Source of the DNA: Geobacter sp. UBA5608
Lineage (GTDB): Bacteria > Desulfobacterota > Desulfuromonadia > Geobacterales > Pseudopelobacteraceae
Direction of reading: 5' to 3'
DNA length: 56,287 bases
Assembly: GCA_002424705.1 (NCBI GenBank)
Contig: DIKW01000033.1
Location: forward strand, 1 to 56,287
Below, piece by piece: positions 21,165 to 33,000 of this stretch. How positions within the stretch are numbered: position 1 is the stretch's first letter; every line of letters starts with the position of its first letter. The notes under the pieces were generated by a model. It did no database searches. It was not told where the DNA came from and was given only the letters and a program-made list of their open reading frames with translations. Both the position numbers and the translations under genes were made by a program.

Positions 21165-24100
21165 ATGAATCGCCGCACGTTACTGGCCGGCCTGCTGTTT
21201 GGTGGCGCCGGTTTTCTGCTCAATCTCCTGACGCTTGAGCTGTTCCTGGAGGTCCGTTTTCTCTTTGGTTCAGTCCTGGTTCTGTTTGCCCTGCTGCAAT
21301 ATGGGCTTGGCGCCGGACTGCTGGCAGCTGTGGTGGCAGCAGGCGCTACGGTGCTGCATTGGCATAATCCCTGGAACATTCTGATCTGGGGCGCCGAGGC
21401 GCTGGTGGCAGGTCTGCTCTGGCAGCGGCGGCGTTTTGAGCTGTTGCCGTCGGTGATGCTTTACTGGTTTACCTTGGGCATCGCCTTGGTCTGGTTCTTT
21501 TACCATCTGGTGATGGGGCTGCCGTCCCAGGCCACGCTGATGATCGGTGTCAAACAGGGGGTCAATGGCATTTTCAACGCCATGCTGGCCGAAGGGCTGT
21601 ATTATCTGGTGCGTATCAGACGAACGACAGGCCGTGAGCTGCCTTCGTTGCGCAGTCTGATGCTAATCGTGATGCAGGCGCTGGTGCTGGTTCCGGCCTT
21701 GGCGCTGTTGTACTTCGACAGCCGAGCGCAGTACCGGCAGCAGACTGAAAACCTGCAAATCCTTACGCAGCGGATGGGGGAGCTGAGTCGAGTTGCCCTG
21801 GCCAACTGGCTTGAACAGGAGCAGCAGCGTGTCAACACCCTCAAGCGCTTGGTGGTTGATCCCGCCGGTGCTCCGGCAGTCATGCAGCGAACGCTTGATG
21901 ATAGTCGGCAAGGAGTTGCGAGTGTCAAGCGGATGGGGGTGCTGGATCAAGCCAACATCACCCGGGCCTTTTCGCCGATGGTGGATGAACAAGGGCAATC
22001 GACCATCGGCATCGACCTCTCGGATCGTCCCTACATCGAGTTGCTGCACAAAGCAGGTGATCAACAGGTCTTGGATCTCTTCATAGGCAGGATCGGTGCG
22101 CCGGGGCCCCGACTACTGATACTGGCGCCGGTCCGACGTGCCGGTGAGTATCGAGGGGCGGTCTTCAGCGTCCTTTCGCTGGAGTATCCGGTAGCCCTCT
22201 TGAAAAGCGTGACCGCTAAGCGACCGATACATGTCACCCTAGTTGATCGGCAACGTCGGGTGCTGGTGAGCACCCGTAGCGATCTATCGTTTCTGCAGAC
22301 CTTTTCTATGCCGGCAGGGGGGCGGTTCCTGCCGGTTAATGAAAAACTCAGCCAGTGGATACCCGACCCGGTGCCTGGCGTTGGCGCCATCAAACGTTGG
22401 CTGCGTTCCTACTACCTGACCGAGGCGGAGCTGTCGGCCGAAGCCGGTTGGCGTGTCGTGGTTGAGGGGTCGCTTAAGCCCACTATGGAGTATCTGAACA
22501 AGCGCACCTTTCAGGTGCTGGCCATGCTTGCCGGTCTGATGCTGCTGACGGTCTGCTTGTCACGCTGGTTTACCTCCCGTCTGATCACGTCGCTTGATGA
22601 GTTGCGCGGGGTTACCAGCGAACTACCCGCCAAGCTACGGGAGGGTAAGCCGATCATCTGGCCTGCACCCAGCACCAGCGAGGTGGCCGATCTGCTGGAG
22701 AACTACCGCACCACTGCCGATGCCCTGGAAGATTCCTTTCATGAGCTGCAGACCCTCAACAATGAACTTGAACAGCGGATAGCCGAACGCACCGCTGCCT
22801 TACAGGACAGTGAGGCCCGTTGGCAGTTTGCCCTGGAAGGCGCCGGTGATGGGGTGTGGGACTGGGATATGCAGAGTAACGGTGTCTTTTTTTCATCCCA
22901 GTGGAAGGCGATGCTGGGCTACCAGGATGATGAGATAGAAAACCGGCTTGAAGAATGGGATAGCCGGTTACATCCCGATGACCGTGAGCGGGCCTATGCC
23001 GACATCAACCGCTACCTGTCCGGCGAAAGCTCCGTGTATCAGAACGAGCAGCGCCTGCGGTGCAAGGACGGCAGTTACAAGTGGATTCTTGACCGCGGCA
23101 TGGTTGTGTCCAGGAGTCGAGATGGTAAAGCGTTGCGGCTGATCGGCACCCATAGCGATATCACCGAGCGCAAGCAGTATGAAGCTGAACTGCAGCAGGC
23201 TCGACTGGCGGCTGAAGCCGCCAACCAGGCCAAGAGCGAGTTTCTGGCCAATATGAGCCATGAGATCCGAACGCCGATGAACGGCGTGATCGGCATGACC
23301 CAGTTGCTGCGTTTTACCGAGCTGACAGCGGAACAGCAGGAGTACCTTGAAAGTATCGAGCTCTCTGCCAATAACCTGCTGGCCCTGATCAACGACATCC
23401 TCGACCTGTCGAAGATCGAGGCCGGTAAGGTAGAACTGCATGCCAACGACTTTTCCCTGCGGCGGAGCATCCAGGACCTGGTTGCCATCCTGAAGTCCAG
23501 CATCGCCGAAAAGGGGCTGCAGGTGGAGGTGGCGATTGACGAGCAGGTGCCTGATCTGATCTATGGCGATCAGCTGCGGTGCAAGCAGATCCTACTGAAC
23601 CTGTTGGGCAACGCCATCAAGTTCAGCGAACAGGGCTGTATCACCATCAGTGCTGCGCTGGTTTCTCGCCAGGAGGATATGGCAGTAATCCGCCTGGGGG
23701 TTGCGGACACCGGCATCGGTATGGCTCCGGAGGCTCTGGAGCGTATTTTTAAGCCGTTTGAACAGGCTGACAGCTCCACCACTCGCCAGTACGGCGGCAC
23801 CGGGCTGGGGCCTTCCATCTGCTGCAAGCTGGCTGAACTGATGGGGGGTCGGATCTGGGCTGAGAGTAGTCTTGGCACAGGCAGTAGTTTTTATGTGGAG
23901 CTGCCGTTTCTGCTGCGTCACAAGGTGCGGACAGCAGTTGTGGCAGACCATACTGATGCGCAGGATGTGGGCAGCGTCAAGGTACTCAACGTGCTGGTGG
24001 CCGAAGACAATCAGATCAACGCGCGCTATATCGAGGCGTTGTTGGGGCGGATCGGGCATCAGGTGGTGGTTGCCGGCAACGGGAGGGAGGCGCTCGACGC

Positions 24101-24368
24101 CCTGCAACAGCATGCCTTCGACTGTATTCTGATGGACCTGCAGATGCCGTTGCTGGACGGTTTCCAGGCAACGGAGGCGATTAGGGAAATCGAGCGGAAG
24201 ACGGCGGCGGCGCGTCTTCCGATCATCGCGTTGACGGCCCATGCCTTGCGTGGAGACCGTGAGGCGATATTGAAAAAGGGGTTCGACGGCTATGTGGCAA
24301 AGCCGGTTGAGCTGAAACAGCTGGTTGAAGAGCTGGCCCGTGTGATCGGGCTGCGTGGTGCAGATTAG
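21165..24368 (+). CDS. membrane-bound hybrid sensor histidine kinase (multi-TM N-terminus, Cache-like, PAS, HisKA, HATPase, REC)
   Basis: GDGVWDWD..HPDD PAS; [15 protein letters not shown]-box; [20 protein letters not shown]; REC with AEDN, MDLQMP and KP. Confidence 0.93.
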   Translation: MNRRTLLAGLLFGGAGFLLNLLTLELFLEVRFLFGSVLVLFALLQYGLGAGLLAAVVAAGATVLHWHNPWNILIWGAEALVAGLLWQRRRFELLPSVMLYWFTLGIALVWFFYHLVMGLPSQATLMIGVKQGVNGIFNAMLAEGLYYLVRIRRTTGRELPSLRSLMLIVMQALVLVPALALLYFDSRAQYRQQTENLQILTQRMGELSRVALANWLEQEQQRVNTLKRLVVDPAGAPAVMQRTLDDSRQGVASVKRMGVLDQANITRAFSPMVDEQGQSTIGIDLSDRPYIELLHKAGDQQVLDLFIGRIGAPGPRLLILAPVRRAGEYRGAVFSVLSLEYPVALLKSVTAKRPIHVTLVDRQRRVLVSTRSDLSFLQTFSMPAGGRFLPVNEKLSQWIPDPVPGVGAIKRWLRSYYLTEAELSAEAGWRVVVEGSLKPTMEYLNKRTFQVLAMLAGLMLLTVCLSRWFTSRLITSLDELRGVTSELPAKLREGKPIIWPAPSTSEVADLLENYRTTADALEDSFHELQTLNNELEQRIAERTAALQDSEARWQFALEGAGDGVWDWDMQSNGVFFSSQWKAMLGYQDDEIENRLEEWDSRLHPDDRERAYADINRYLSGESSVYQNEQRLRCKDGSYKWILDRGMVVSRSRDGKALRLIGTHSDITERKQYEAELQQARLAAEAANQAKSEFLANMSHEIRTPMNGVIGMTQLLRFTELTAEQQEYLESIELSANNLLALINDILDLSKIEAGKVELHANDFSLRRSIQDLVAILKSSIAEKGLQVEVAIDEQVPDLIYGDQLRCKQILLNLLGNAIKFSEQGCITISAALVSRQEDMAVIRLGVADTGIGMAPEALERIFKPFEQADSSTTRQYGGTGLGPSICCKLAELMGGRIWAESSLGTGSSFYVELPFLLRHKVRTAVVADHTDAQDVGSVKVLNVLVAEDNQINARYIEALLGRIGHQVVVAGNGREALDALQQHAFDCILMDLQMPLLDGFQATEAIREIERKTAAARLPIIALTAHALRGDREAILKKGFDGYVAKPVELKQLVEELARVIGLRGAD

Positions 24369-24380
24369 AGCAATGACGGA

Positions 24381-27050
24381 GTGATGATGTTCAGAAAGTC
24401 GGAAAAACGTTTCCTCTCGCAATGGGGTCTGCTGGTTGCTGGTCTGGTGCTGTTGGCCGGTGCGGTGGTCCATAACCTGTACAAGATCCACCGCGATATC
24501 ATGGCCGGTGAGCAGCACCGTTTGCAGACCCAGGCGCGGGTTGTCAGCGACAATCTCACGGTGCAGATAGCAGCCGCCGATCGGGTTATTACTGCGTTGC
24601 GCAGCGAACTGGGTGGCCGTGACCCGGCTACATGGCATCAGGCTGTCGCAGAGAAGCAGATGAGGCTGTTTGAGGAAGTGTTGCCCGGCATTAGAGTGTT
24701 GAACGCCATCGACGCCGATGGCCGTATCCGCCTCTCTAATCGAGACGATCTGGTGGGTCGCAGCATGGCCCAGCGTGACTATTTCATCCATGCCCGCAAT
24801 CAGCGCGATCAGCAGGCCCTGTTTGTTTCGCCACCCTTTAAGACCTTGCTGGGGGTCTGGGGGGTTAACCTGATCCGGGTGGTGCAGGACGCTGACGGTG
24901 GCTTTGGTGGTATTATCAGCGCCACGCTCAATCCGGAGTACTTTCAAACCTTGCTGCACTCGGTCAACTACAGCCAGGATATGGTAACCGCCATCATCCA
25001 TGGTGATGGGCTGATCTTCACCATGGAGCCGAACCGGGTGGAGCTGACCGGTAAAAATCTCAACCTGCCGGGCACCTTTTTTTCAGCACATCGCGAGAGC
25101 GGCAATCAGGAAAACATTTTCAGCGGTACGCTCTACGCCACCAATGATCAGCGGTTGATGGTCTTCAAGACCTTTCAGCCGGGGCAGTCTCAGTTGGATA
25201 AGCCGCTGGTGGTGCTTGCCGCACGACGCATGGATGCCATTACGGCCGACTGGCGTACCCATGCCCGTTACCAGACGGCAACCTTTCTGGCCATAGCCAT
25301 GCTCGCCGCTCTGGCGCTCTCAGTCTACCAGCGGCGACAGCGTCAACAACTGCAGCAGGCTGAGGAGGTTAACTCCCATCTGCGTAAGCTGCAGCTGGGA
25401 GTTGAAAACAGCGCCAGCGGCGTCCTGATCACCGATGTTAACGGCACCATTGAGTACGTTAATCGTAAGTTCACCCAGGTGACCGGTTACAGTCCCAGCG
25501 AGGCGATCGGGCACAATCCCCGTATTCTCAAGTCGGAATCAACGCCGCGTGAGGTGTTTCAGGAACTGTGGAACACGATCCTGCGGGGTGATGAGTGGCA
25601 TGGCGAGCTGCTCAATCGTCGCAAGAGTGGCGAGGTCTACTGGTCAGTGGCCTCGATCAGCCCCATGCGCAACGAATCAGGGCAGATTACCCACTTTATT
25701 GCCAACGTGGAGGATATCAACGAACGGAAAAACGCCGAGGCAACCATCGAGCATCTGGCCTACTTCGATCCGCTAACCGACCTGCCCAACCGGCGTATGC
25801 TGCAGGACCGGCTGGAGCAGGGACTAAAACGGAGCCGTCGTCAGGACAACAGTATGGCGCTGCTGTACATCGATCTTGACCGGTTCAAGCATGTCAACGA
25901 TAGCCTGGGCCATCCTGCCGGGGACCGTCTGTTGAAGGAATTAGCCCGTAGGCTGTTGGACGCATTGCGGGATGATGACGTGGTCTGCCGGCTGGGGGGC
26001 GATGAGTTTGCTGTTGTTTTGCATGACATCCACCACGAAGAGGATGTGGTGCCGGTGATCAACAAGCTGTTGCGTACCATAGAACAGCCGGTGGTGCTGG
26101 AGGAGGGCGAACTGTTCGTCAGCGCCAGCATCGGGGTGTCGCTGTATCCCAAGGACGGCGATGACGCCAAGACCCTTGAAAAACATGCCGATATGGCACT
26201 GTATCACGCCAAGGAGGAGGGCAAAAACACCTTCCGGTTCTTCCGCGAAGAGCTCAATTACGGTGTGCAGGAGCGGATCGCCTTTGACCAGGGCTTGCGG
26301 CACGCCTTGCTGCGGCAGGAACTGCGGCTTCATTACCAGCCGAAGGTTGCGCTTGCCACCGGTCAGGTCGTGGGGGTCGAGGCGCTGTTGCGTTGGGAGA
26401 GCGGGGAGTTTGGGCTGGTCTCCCCTGACCGGTTCATACCGTTGGCTGAAGAGAACCGCTTGATTGTACCGATCGGTGAATGGGTGCTGCGCACCGCTTG
26501 TCAGCAGCAGGTTGACTGGCACCAGCAGGGGCTTGAGCTGAACATGGCGGTCAACCTCTCGGCGGTGCAGTTCAAGTCGCCGGATCTCATTGAGCGGATT
26601 GCTGCGGTTATCACTGAAACCGGTATCAGGCCGGGTCAGCTCGAACTGGAACTTACCGAGAGCGCCCTGGTTGAAGAGCCGGAGCAGGTGGTGCGGGTGC
26701 TGGAGCGTTTGCGGGGTTTGGGCTGCGGTATCTCGATCGATGACTTCGGCACCGGCTATTCCTCGCTCAGTTACCTTAAGGCATTCCCGGTGTCGGTGTT
26801 GAAGATCGACCGTTCGTTTGTGCAGGATCTGACCTACGATAGCGGTGATCGGGCCATAGCCCAGTCGGTGGTCAATATGGCCGATAACCTCGGCATGCAG
26901 ACCGTGGCTGAAGGTGTTGAAACCCCTGAACAGCAGGAGATTCTGAGGCAGATCGGCTGCGCCTTCGTGCAGGGGTTCATGTACGCCAGACCAATGCCGG
27001 CTGAACAGATCCCAGATGCGATAGCAGCTATTGGCAGATCGAGGTTTTAA
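24381..27050 (+). CDS. Cache-PAS-GGDEF-EAL diguanylate cyclase/phosphodiesterase
   Basis: Two TMs flanking a Cache-like domain; PAS; DPLTDLPNR, RxxD I-site, GGDEF; [31 protein letters not shown]; start approximate. Confidence 0.95.
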   Translation: MMMFRKSEKRFLSQWGLLVAGLVLLAGAVVHNLYKIHRDIMAGEQHRLQTQARVVSDNLTVQIAAADRVITALRSELGGRDPATWHQAVAEKQMRLFEEVLPGIRVLNAIDADGRIRLSNRDDLVGRSMAQRDYFIHARNQRDQQALFVSPPFKTLLGVWGVNLIRVVQDADGGFGGIISATLNPEYFQTLLHSVNYSQDMVTAIIHGDGLIFTMEPNRVELTGKNLNLPGTFFSAHRESGNQENIFSGTLYATNDQRLMVFKTFQPGQSQLDKPLVVLAARRMDAITADWRTHARYQTATFLAIAMLAALALSVYQRRQRQQLQQAEEVNSHLRKLQLGVENSASGVLITDVNGTIEYVNRKFTQVTGYSPSEAIGHNPRILKSESTPREVFQELWNTILRGDEWHGELLNRRKSGEVYWSVASISPMRNESGQITHFIANVEDINERKNAEATIEHLAYFDPLTDLPNRRMLQDRLEQGLKRSRRQDNSMALLYIDLDRFKHVNDSLGHPAGDRLLKELARRLLDALRDDDVVCRLGGDEFAVVLHDIHHEEDVVPVINKLLRTIEQPVVLEEGELFVSASIGVSLYPKDGDDAKTLEKHADMALYHAKEEGKNTFRFFREELNYGVQERIAFDQGLRHALLRQELRLHYQPKVALATGQVVGVEALLRWESGEFGLVSPDRFIPLAEENRLIVPIGEWVLRTACQQQVDWHQQGLELNMAVNLSAVQFKSPDLIERIAAVITETGIRPGQLELELTESALVEEPEQVVRVLERLRGLGCGISIDDFGTGYSSLSYLKAFPVSVLKIDRSFVQDLTYDSGDRAIAQSVVNMADNLGMQTVAEGVETPEQQEILRQIGCAFVQGFMYARPMPAEQIPDAIAAIGRSRF

Positions 27051-27066
27051 GTGCGATGGCGGGGTA

Positions 27067-27858
27067 TTACTGCAGGCGGTAGTCTGACAGTCGCACGAAC
27101 CGGAAGCCTTGCTTTTTAAGCAGCGGTACGGCGGCCATGATGCCGGCGCCGGTACCTGCCTCGGGATGGTTCATGTGGGCGATGATGATGTCGCCCGGCC
27201 GTGAAGCACTCAGGGCAGCCTTGACCTTGGCAGCCGGCAGGGTGGCGCCGGCGTCGCCCAGCACAGAAAAACCGATCACTTCGTGCCCCAGCCGGTTGGC
27301 CACCTGCACCGCCAGTTCGTCATAATAGGCAGTGCCTGATCGGTAATAGCGTGGTCGTGAGCCGCTGATCCCCTCTACCTTCCGGGCGTTCAACTCTATC
27401 TCCTGTATTAGCTCCTTAAGATCCCTGGTGCCGTCTATGCCGTAGGCGGAACGTCCGTTGACGGAGGCCGGTTTGTGCCACATGCCGTGGTTGGCGATCT
27501 CAAACAGCGGATTGGCGGCCAGCTGCTTGAACAGCTCCAAGTTAGCGTCAATCCAGCGGGCATTCACAAACAGGGTGGCCGGAATCTGCTCCCGCGTCAG
27601 GAAGTTCAACAGGTGAAGGTCAACCCCCTTCCCCGTGGGTGATCCGCAGGCGTCAAGGGTCAGAGCCAGGACCCGCTCGTCGGTTGCAAGCCGTGTTCGT
27701 ACGCCGGTCACGGCCTCTCCCCACTGTCTGGCCGTTTTGCCGCTGAATTCTGCGCTGATGGTTGCGGTCAGCGCGTTAATATCCTCTCCCGGTGTTGCGC
27801 TGAGCAGCGTGGTGACGATCAACAGCAGCATGATGGCAAACAGGGCAATCCTGGTCAT
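27067..27858 (-). CDS. polysaccharide deacetylase (NodB/CE4) family protein, exported
   Basis: Signal peptide; ALTLDAC, ATLFV, NHG..H, IIIAHMNH motifs. Confidence 0.85.
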   Translation of the reverse strand: MTRIALFAIMLLLIVTTLLSATPGEDINALTATISAEFSGKTARQWGEAVTGVRTRLATDERVLALTLDACGSPTGKGVDLHLLNFLTREQIPATLFVNARWIDANLELFKQLAANPLFEIANHGMWHKPASVNGRSAYGIDGTRDLKELIQEIELNARKVEGISGSRPRYYRSGTAYYDELAVQVANRLGHEVIGFSVLGDAGATLPAAKVKAALSASRPGDIIIAHMNHPEAGTGAGIMAAVPLLKKQGFRFVRLSDYRLQ

Positions 27859-27867
27859 TGTGATTCC

Positions 27868-29961
27868 TTAGGGGATGCGATACAGCGACTGGTAGACGGC
27901 GATGTGAGCCACAATCTTCTTCACGTAGTCACGGGTTTCCTGGTAGGGGATATTTTCGATGAACTCATCCCGTTCCAGGCTTCCGAAGTTCTTGCGCCAA
28001 CGGTTGACCGCTCCGGCACCGGCGTTGTAGGCGGCCAGGGTAAAGACCGTATCCTGGTGAAACTGGTCAAGCAGTTCGCGCAGATGTTTGGTGCCCAGGC
28101 GGATGTTGTACTCTGGGTCCACCAACCAGAGCGGATTGTAGGGCTTGCTTCCCTTGTAGCCGGCAGTCATGCGGGCGGTGGCGGGCATCAGCTGCATCAG
28201 GCCGATGGCCCCGACCGGGGATTTGACGGCTGGCCTGAAGCTGCTTTCGGCCTTGGCCAAGGCCAGCACTAGGCTCTCCGGCAACCGGTTGGCAGTGGCA
28301 TGTTTGCTGAACAGATCGCCGTACGGGCGCGGGTAGCCCAATGCCCAGAAGGGAAGGGACTGCCGTTCCCAGCGCTCGGGGCGGTTCTGGTGGAAGGTGA
28401 CGATGGCGCCGTGGGGGTCGTCGGCCAGCAGGTGCAGTCGAGCGAAACCAGCCGCCATCTGTTGAGGGGGGGCGGCGCTTTTCAGGGCGGCCAGTTCGGT
28501 GCGTGCGTCTTCCATCAGGCCACAGGAAACCAGCGCCAGAATCCGTTCGCTGCCGGTCGGCAGGGAAGGCTCGGGCTGGCTGGCGGAGAGCGGTTCCCAG
28601 CCGGTGGCCTGCTGCTGCTGGTTGCGGTGCCAGGCCGCGTAAAAGCCGAATGGATACTCATTAAGCAGCTGTTTATAGAACAGCTCCGCATTTTGAGACT
28701 TATTTTGTCGTACTAATGTGCGAGCATACCAGTACAGTGAACGCTCCCGGTATGTGCTGTCCTGCAGCAAGCGCTGAAAGGCATCGGCGGCGGGTTGCAG
28801 CTCTCCGGCAAGGTAGTGGCTCCAGGCGGCTTCCCAGCTTGCCCTGCCTGCAAGTTCCGAGGTTGGAAAGTCGTGTGCCAGCCGCTCAAACAGCAGGTTG
28901 GATTCACTGAATCGGCCGGCATGCTTGTGGACAAAGCCGGCCTCAAGCAGGGCATCATCGGCCAGGCTTCCCCGCTCGCTGGCCAGGCTCAACAGGCGTG
29001 CCAACGCCCGTTCGCTCTGGTTGGTACGCTCTTCAACGCGGGCCAGGGCCAGACGGGCCTCGTCACGTATGGCCTGGTTGTGTGACTGTGCCGCCCGGGC
29101 CAAAAATTGTTCAGCCAGGGTGTAGTTACGCTGTTTGCTGGCCGCTTGACCCGATTTCAGTTCGATTCTGGCCAGCAGATCAGGGGAAAGATCGTTGCGG
29201 GGGATGGCCGCCAGCGCCCAGGCAGCGTCATTGGCTCGGCCGGCGGCCAACAGCAGGGTTGCCCGTTGATACAGCTCCTCTGGCGAAAAGGCGTTTTCCT
29301 GGTTGAGGCGCTTGAGGGTCTGGCGGACCTTCTCGGCCTGGGGAGCGGCCGGATAGTGCAGCCAGATGACGCGGTACTCGTCGAGGGCTGCGGCCTGTTC
29401 ACCCAACTGCTCACGGCACAGCGCCGCCTGGTAGCGGGCATCCACGCTGTCGCCTCCCAGGCTGTGTCGTGCGCTGAACTGCCGGTAGGCTGCCAGTGCC
29501 GCCGTCAGATCGCCAGCCTCAAACAGTGCGTCGGCGGTCAGTTTTTCCATCTGGCGGCTTAAGGCCGCTGCTCGGCTGTTGCGGGCGGTCCTGGCGGCGA
29601 TTTCAGCCGCATCACGGTACCGTTTCAGTGCGAACAGGGCCTGGGCGCGCAGGGCAGCGGCATGGTCTGTCAGCAGAGGGTAGCTGCGTTCTGCTTCCTG
29701 CAGGTGAGGCAGAGCCTCTTCAGGTTTGTTGAGGCGCATCAGGCTGATGCCGGCCATCAGAGAGCGTCGGCCTGAAGCAGGCGCCTGCAGGCTGCTCTGG
29801 AGCGCCTCTTCGTACTGCCGGTTACGCAGTTGTTGGGCGGCGCGTTCCAGACGCTCATCGTTTGCGGCGGTGGCGCCGCCGCAGGAGAACAGGAGCAGCG
29901 AGATGAACAGGGTGGGCAGTATCTGGCACAGGCGGCTGCGAAAGGGCGTGGTAAGGTTCAT
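27868..29961 (-). CDS. Slt70-like lytic transglycosylase with TPR-like repeats, probable lipoprotein
   Basis: LLFSC lipobox-like; helical repeats; AESSF, SPVGAIGLMQLMP, AAYNAG, IPYQETRDYV. Confidence 0.9.
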   Translation of the reverse strand: MNLTTPFRSRLCQILPTLFISLLLFSCGGATAANDERLERAAQQLRNRQYEEALQSSLQAPASGRRSLMAGISLMRLNKPEEALPHLQEAERSYPLLTDHAAALRAQALFALKRYRDAAEIAARTARNSRAAALSRQMEKLTADALFEAGDLTAALAAYRQFSARHSLGGDSVDARYQAALCREQLGEQAAALDEYRVIWLHYPAAPQAEKVRQTLKRLNQENAFSPEELYQRATLLLAAGRANDAAWALAAIPRNDLSPDLLARIELKSGQAASKQRNYTLAEQFLARAAQSHNQAIRDEARLALARVEERTNQSERALARLLSLASERGSLADDALLEAGFVHKHAGRFSESNLLFERLAHDFPTSELAGRASWEAAWSHYLAGELQPAADAFQRLLQDSTYRERSLYWYARTLVRQNKSQNAELFYKQLLNEYPFGFYAAWHRNQQQQATGWEPLSASQPEPSLPTGSERILALVSCGLMEDARTELAALKSAAPPQQMAAGFARLHLLADDPHGAIVTFHQNRPERWERQSLPFWALGYPRPYGDLFSKHATANRLPESLVLALAKAESSFRPAVKSPVGAIGLMQLMPATARMTAGYKGSKPYNPLWLVDPEYNIRLGTKHLRELLDQFHQDTVFTLAAYNAGAGAVNRWRKNFGSLERDEFIENIPYQETRDYVKKIVAHIAVYQSLYRIP

Positions 29962-30077
29962 GCAGCCATTCCTACCATTTCAGTGGCTTCAGGTCAACGT
30001 TGTCAGGCATTTTGGTATTCCGTCGCATCGGTGCTTTGGGTATACTCAGACGACATGTAAGGGAACAGGTGCACCAG

Positions 30078-33000
30078 ATGAAACAGCTTGATCGTATGTT
30101 TGACCGGATTCGTGACCGTCTCAACGCCGAGCAGCGCACGGCCGTTGAGACCATCGAGGGGCCGGTGCTGGTGATTGCCGGCCCCGGCACCGGCAAGACC
30201 GAGATCTTGGCTGCGCGGATCGCCACCATCCTGCGGGTCAGTGATGCCCTGCCGGAAAACATCCTCTGTCTGACCTATACCGACGCCGGCACAGTGGCCA
30301 TGCGTTCACGTCTTTTGGAGTTCATCGGCCCCGATGCCTACCGGGTCGATATCTTCACCTTCCACGCCTTCTGCAATCTGGTGATCCAGGAAAACGCCGA
30401 CCAGTTCGGCATCCGTTCCCTGGCGCCGGTCTCCGAACTGGAGCAGTTCCAGCTGGTGCGTGAGATCATCGACGCCTTTCCCCAGGATCATCCGCTGACC
30501 CGTTCCACCGGCGACATCCACTTCGAGTCCGACCGCTTGCTGGCCCTGTACGAGATCATGAAAAAGGAGGATTGGTCGGCCGAGTTCCTGGCCCAGCAGG
30601 CCGAGCGCTATGCGGTCTCGCTGATCGATGATCCGGAGTATCGCTATAAGCGCGCCACCAAGGATCGTGACGGCACGGTTCATCAAAAAGGTGAACTGAA
30701 CGAGAAGAAGCTGCGCGACAGCCTGCGCCGGCTGGAGCAGCTCAAGGCCGCCGCCGCTACCTTCTCTGACTATCAGCGTCTGCTCCTGGAGCGCGGTCGC
30801 TACGATTTTAGCGATATGATCCTGTGGTGTGTCAGGGCCTTTCAGCAGTCACCGGACCTGCTGTCCCGTTATCAGGAGCGCTACCTGTACCTGCTGGTGG
30901 ACGAGTTTCAAGATACCAGCGGCTCCCAGTACGAGCTGTTGCTGCAGCTGGCCGATTACTGGGAGAGCCCTAACCTGTTTGCGGTAGGGGATGACGACCA
31001 GTCGATCTATCGCTTCCAGGGGGCCAGCATTGAGAACATCCGCCGTTTCCAGCAGCGTTATGCCGACGATCTGACGGTGGTCACCCTGACCGAAAATCAT
31101 CGCTCCTCACAACGGATACTGGATGCCGCCGCCAGCCTGATCGCCAACAACAATGAGCGACTGACCGACGACAAACGGCTGACGGCCATGAACCCCGAGG
31201 TGGCTGACCTGCCGCAGCCGCCGCACCTGCGTTGTTACATCACTCAGGCCCACGAAACGGTCGGCATCAGTCAGTCGATTGAGGCCCTGCGCGATCAGGG
31301 AATCCCGTTGGACCGGATCGCGGTGATCTACCGCAATCATACGCAATCGGACGAGATCATCCGCTATCTGACCGGTCGCGGCGTAGCGGTGGCCACCCGG
31401 CGTCGTGCCGATCTGCTGCGGGAGCCGCTGATTGAAAAGCTGCTGACGGTGCTGCGCTACCTGGCAGCCGAGTTGCAGCGGCCCCATTCCGGTGAGCGGC
31501 TGCTGTTTGAGCTGCTGCATGAGTCCTGGTTCGGTATTCCGCCCCTGGCCCTGGCACGGCTGTCGTTGGAGATCGGCCGCCGCAACGCCGGACAGCGGGT
31601 CACCTCCTGGCGGGATGAACTGGCGCGCTGTGGCCGGAAAACCGGCCAGGGCGAGCTGTTCCCTGACCCGACCGAGCATGCCCTGCAGCAGGCCGGTCTC
31701 ATGATCGAGGAGCTGGTGCGGGATGCCGCCACCATGACCCTGCAGGAGCTGCTGCATCAGGTCATCACCAGGCTGGGTATCCTGGCCACGGCCCTTTCCT
31801 CGACCGAGCGGGTCTGGCACCTGCAGCTCCTGAACACGCTATTTGACTTTGTGCGTGATGAGAGTGCCAAGACCAGCCTGAACCTGGCCGGTCTGCTGGA
31901 ACTGCTGCGCGATATGCAGCAGCAAGGGATCAGTCTGCCGGTGGAGAAGCTGAGTTATGCCGGCGAAGGGGTCAATTTCCTGACCGCCCACGGCGCCAAG
32001 GGGCTGCAGTTCGACTACGTCTTTATGCTGGGCTGCACCAGCGGGGCCTGGGACAGCGCCGGCCGCAGCCGCACCTACACACTGCCGCCCACGGTCTGGA
32101 CCCGTTGCAGCGGCAGCGAGGAAGAGGAATCGCGTCGTCTGTTCTACGTGGCCATGACCCGGGCCCGACGGCAGCTGGTGATCTCCTGGCCCCAGCGGGA
32201 CAACAACGACAAGGTGCTGGAACAGAGCCGTTTTGTTGCCGAGTTGATGCAGGGGGGCGGTCTTCAGCCGGAGAGCATTGTGCTGCCGGACGAGGCGCTG
32301 CTTGCCTTTGGCGCCGTGGTCCTGCCGTCCCGGCGCTGTGAGTTGCCGCTGGAGTTGATTGACACCGCCTTTGTGGATACCTTGCTGCAGAAGTATTCCT
32401 TAAGCGTGACCCACCTCAACACCTACCTGCGTTGTCCGCTGTCGTTCTATTTCAACACCCTGCTGCGGGTACCGGCGCCGATGAACGCCGCCATGACCTT
32501 CGGTTCGGCAGTGCACTACGCCCTGGAACAGCTGTTTCGCACGATGTTGGACGATCCCCGTCGGCAGTTTCCGACGGACGAGGCCTTTGTCGCTGATTTT
32601 CGTTGGTTTATGAAACGTCACGAGGATGGCTTCACCCCCTCGGAATTCAGGCGACGCCTCTCCTACGGTGAGGCAATTCTGCCGGCCTTCCACCGCCGGT
32701 ACGCCGGCAGCTGGAACAAAAATGTGCTGGTGGAGCATGCCTATCGAGCGATCGTGGTGGACGGGGTGCCGCTGAACGGCAAGTTGGACAAGCTGGAACT
32801 GGACGGCAGCCGGGCGCGGGTGGTGGATTACAAGACCGGTAACCACAAAAATGCCCTCAAGAAGCTGCGGCCGCCTGATCCCGATAAGGTGGCCAAGGCC
32901 GAGCAGCAAGGCAAGAAACCGGCTTCAGAAGACCTGCTGGGAGGGGATTACTGGCGGCAGGCGGTCTTTTATCGGATCCTGCTTGAGCATGACCCCCGTC

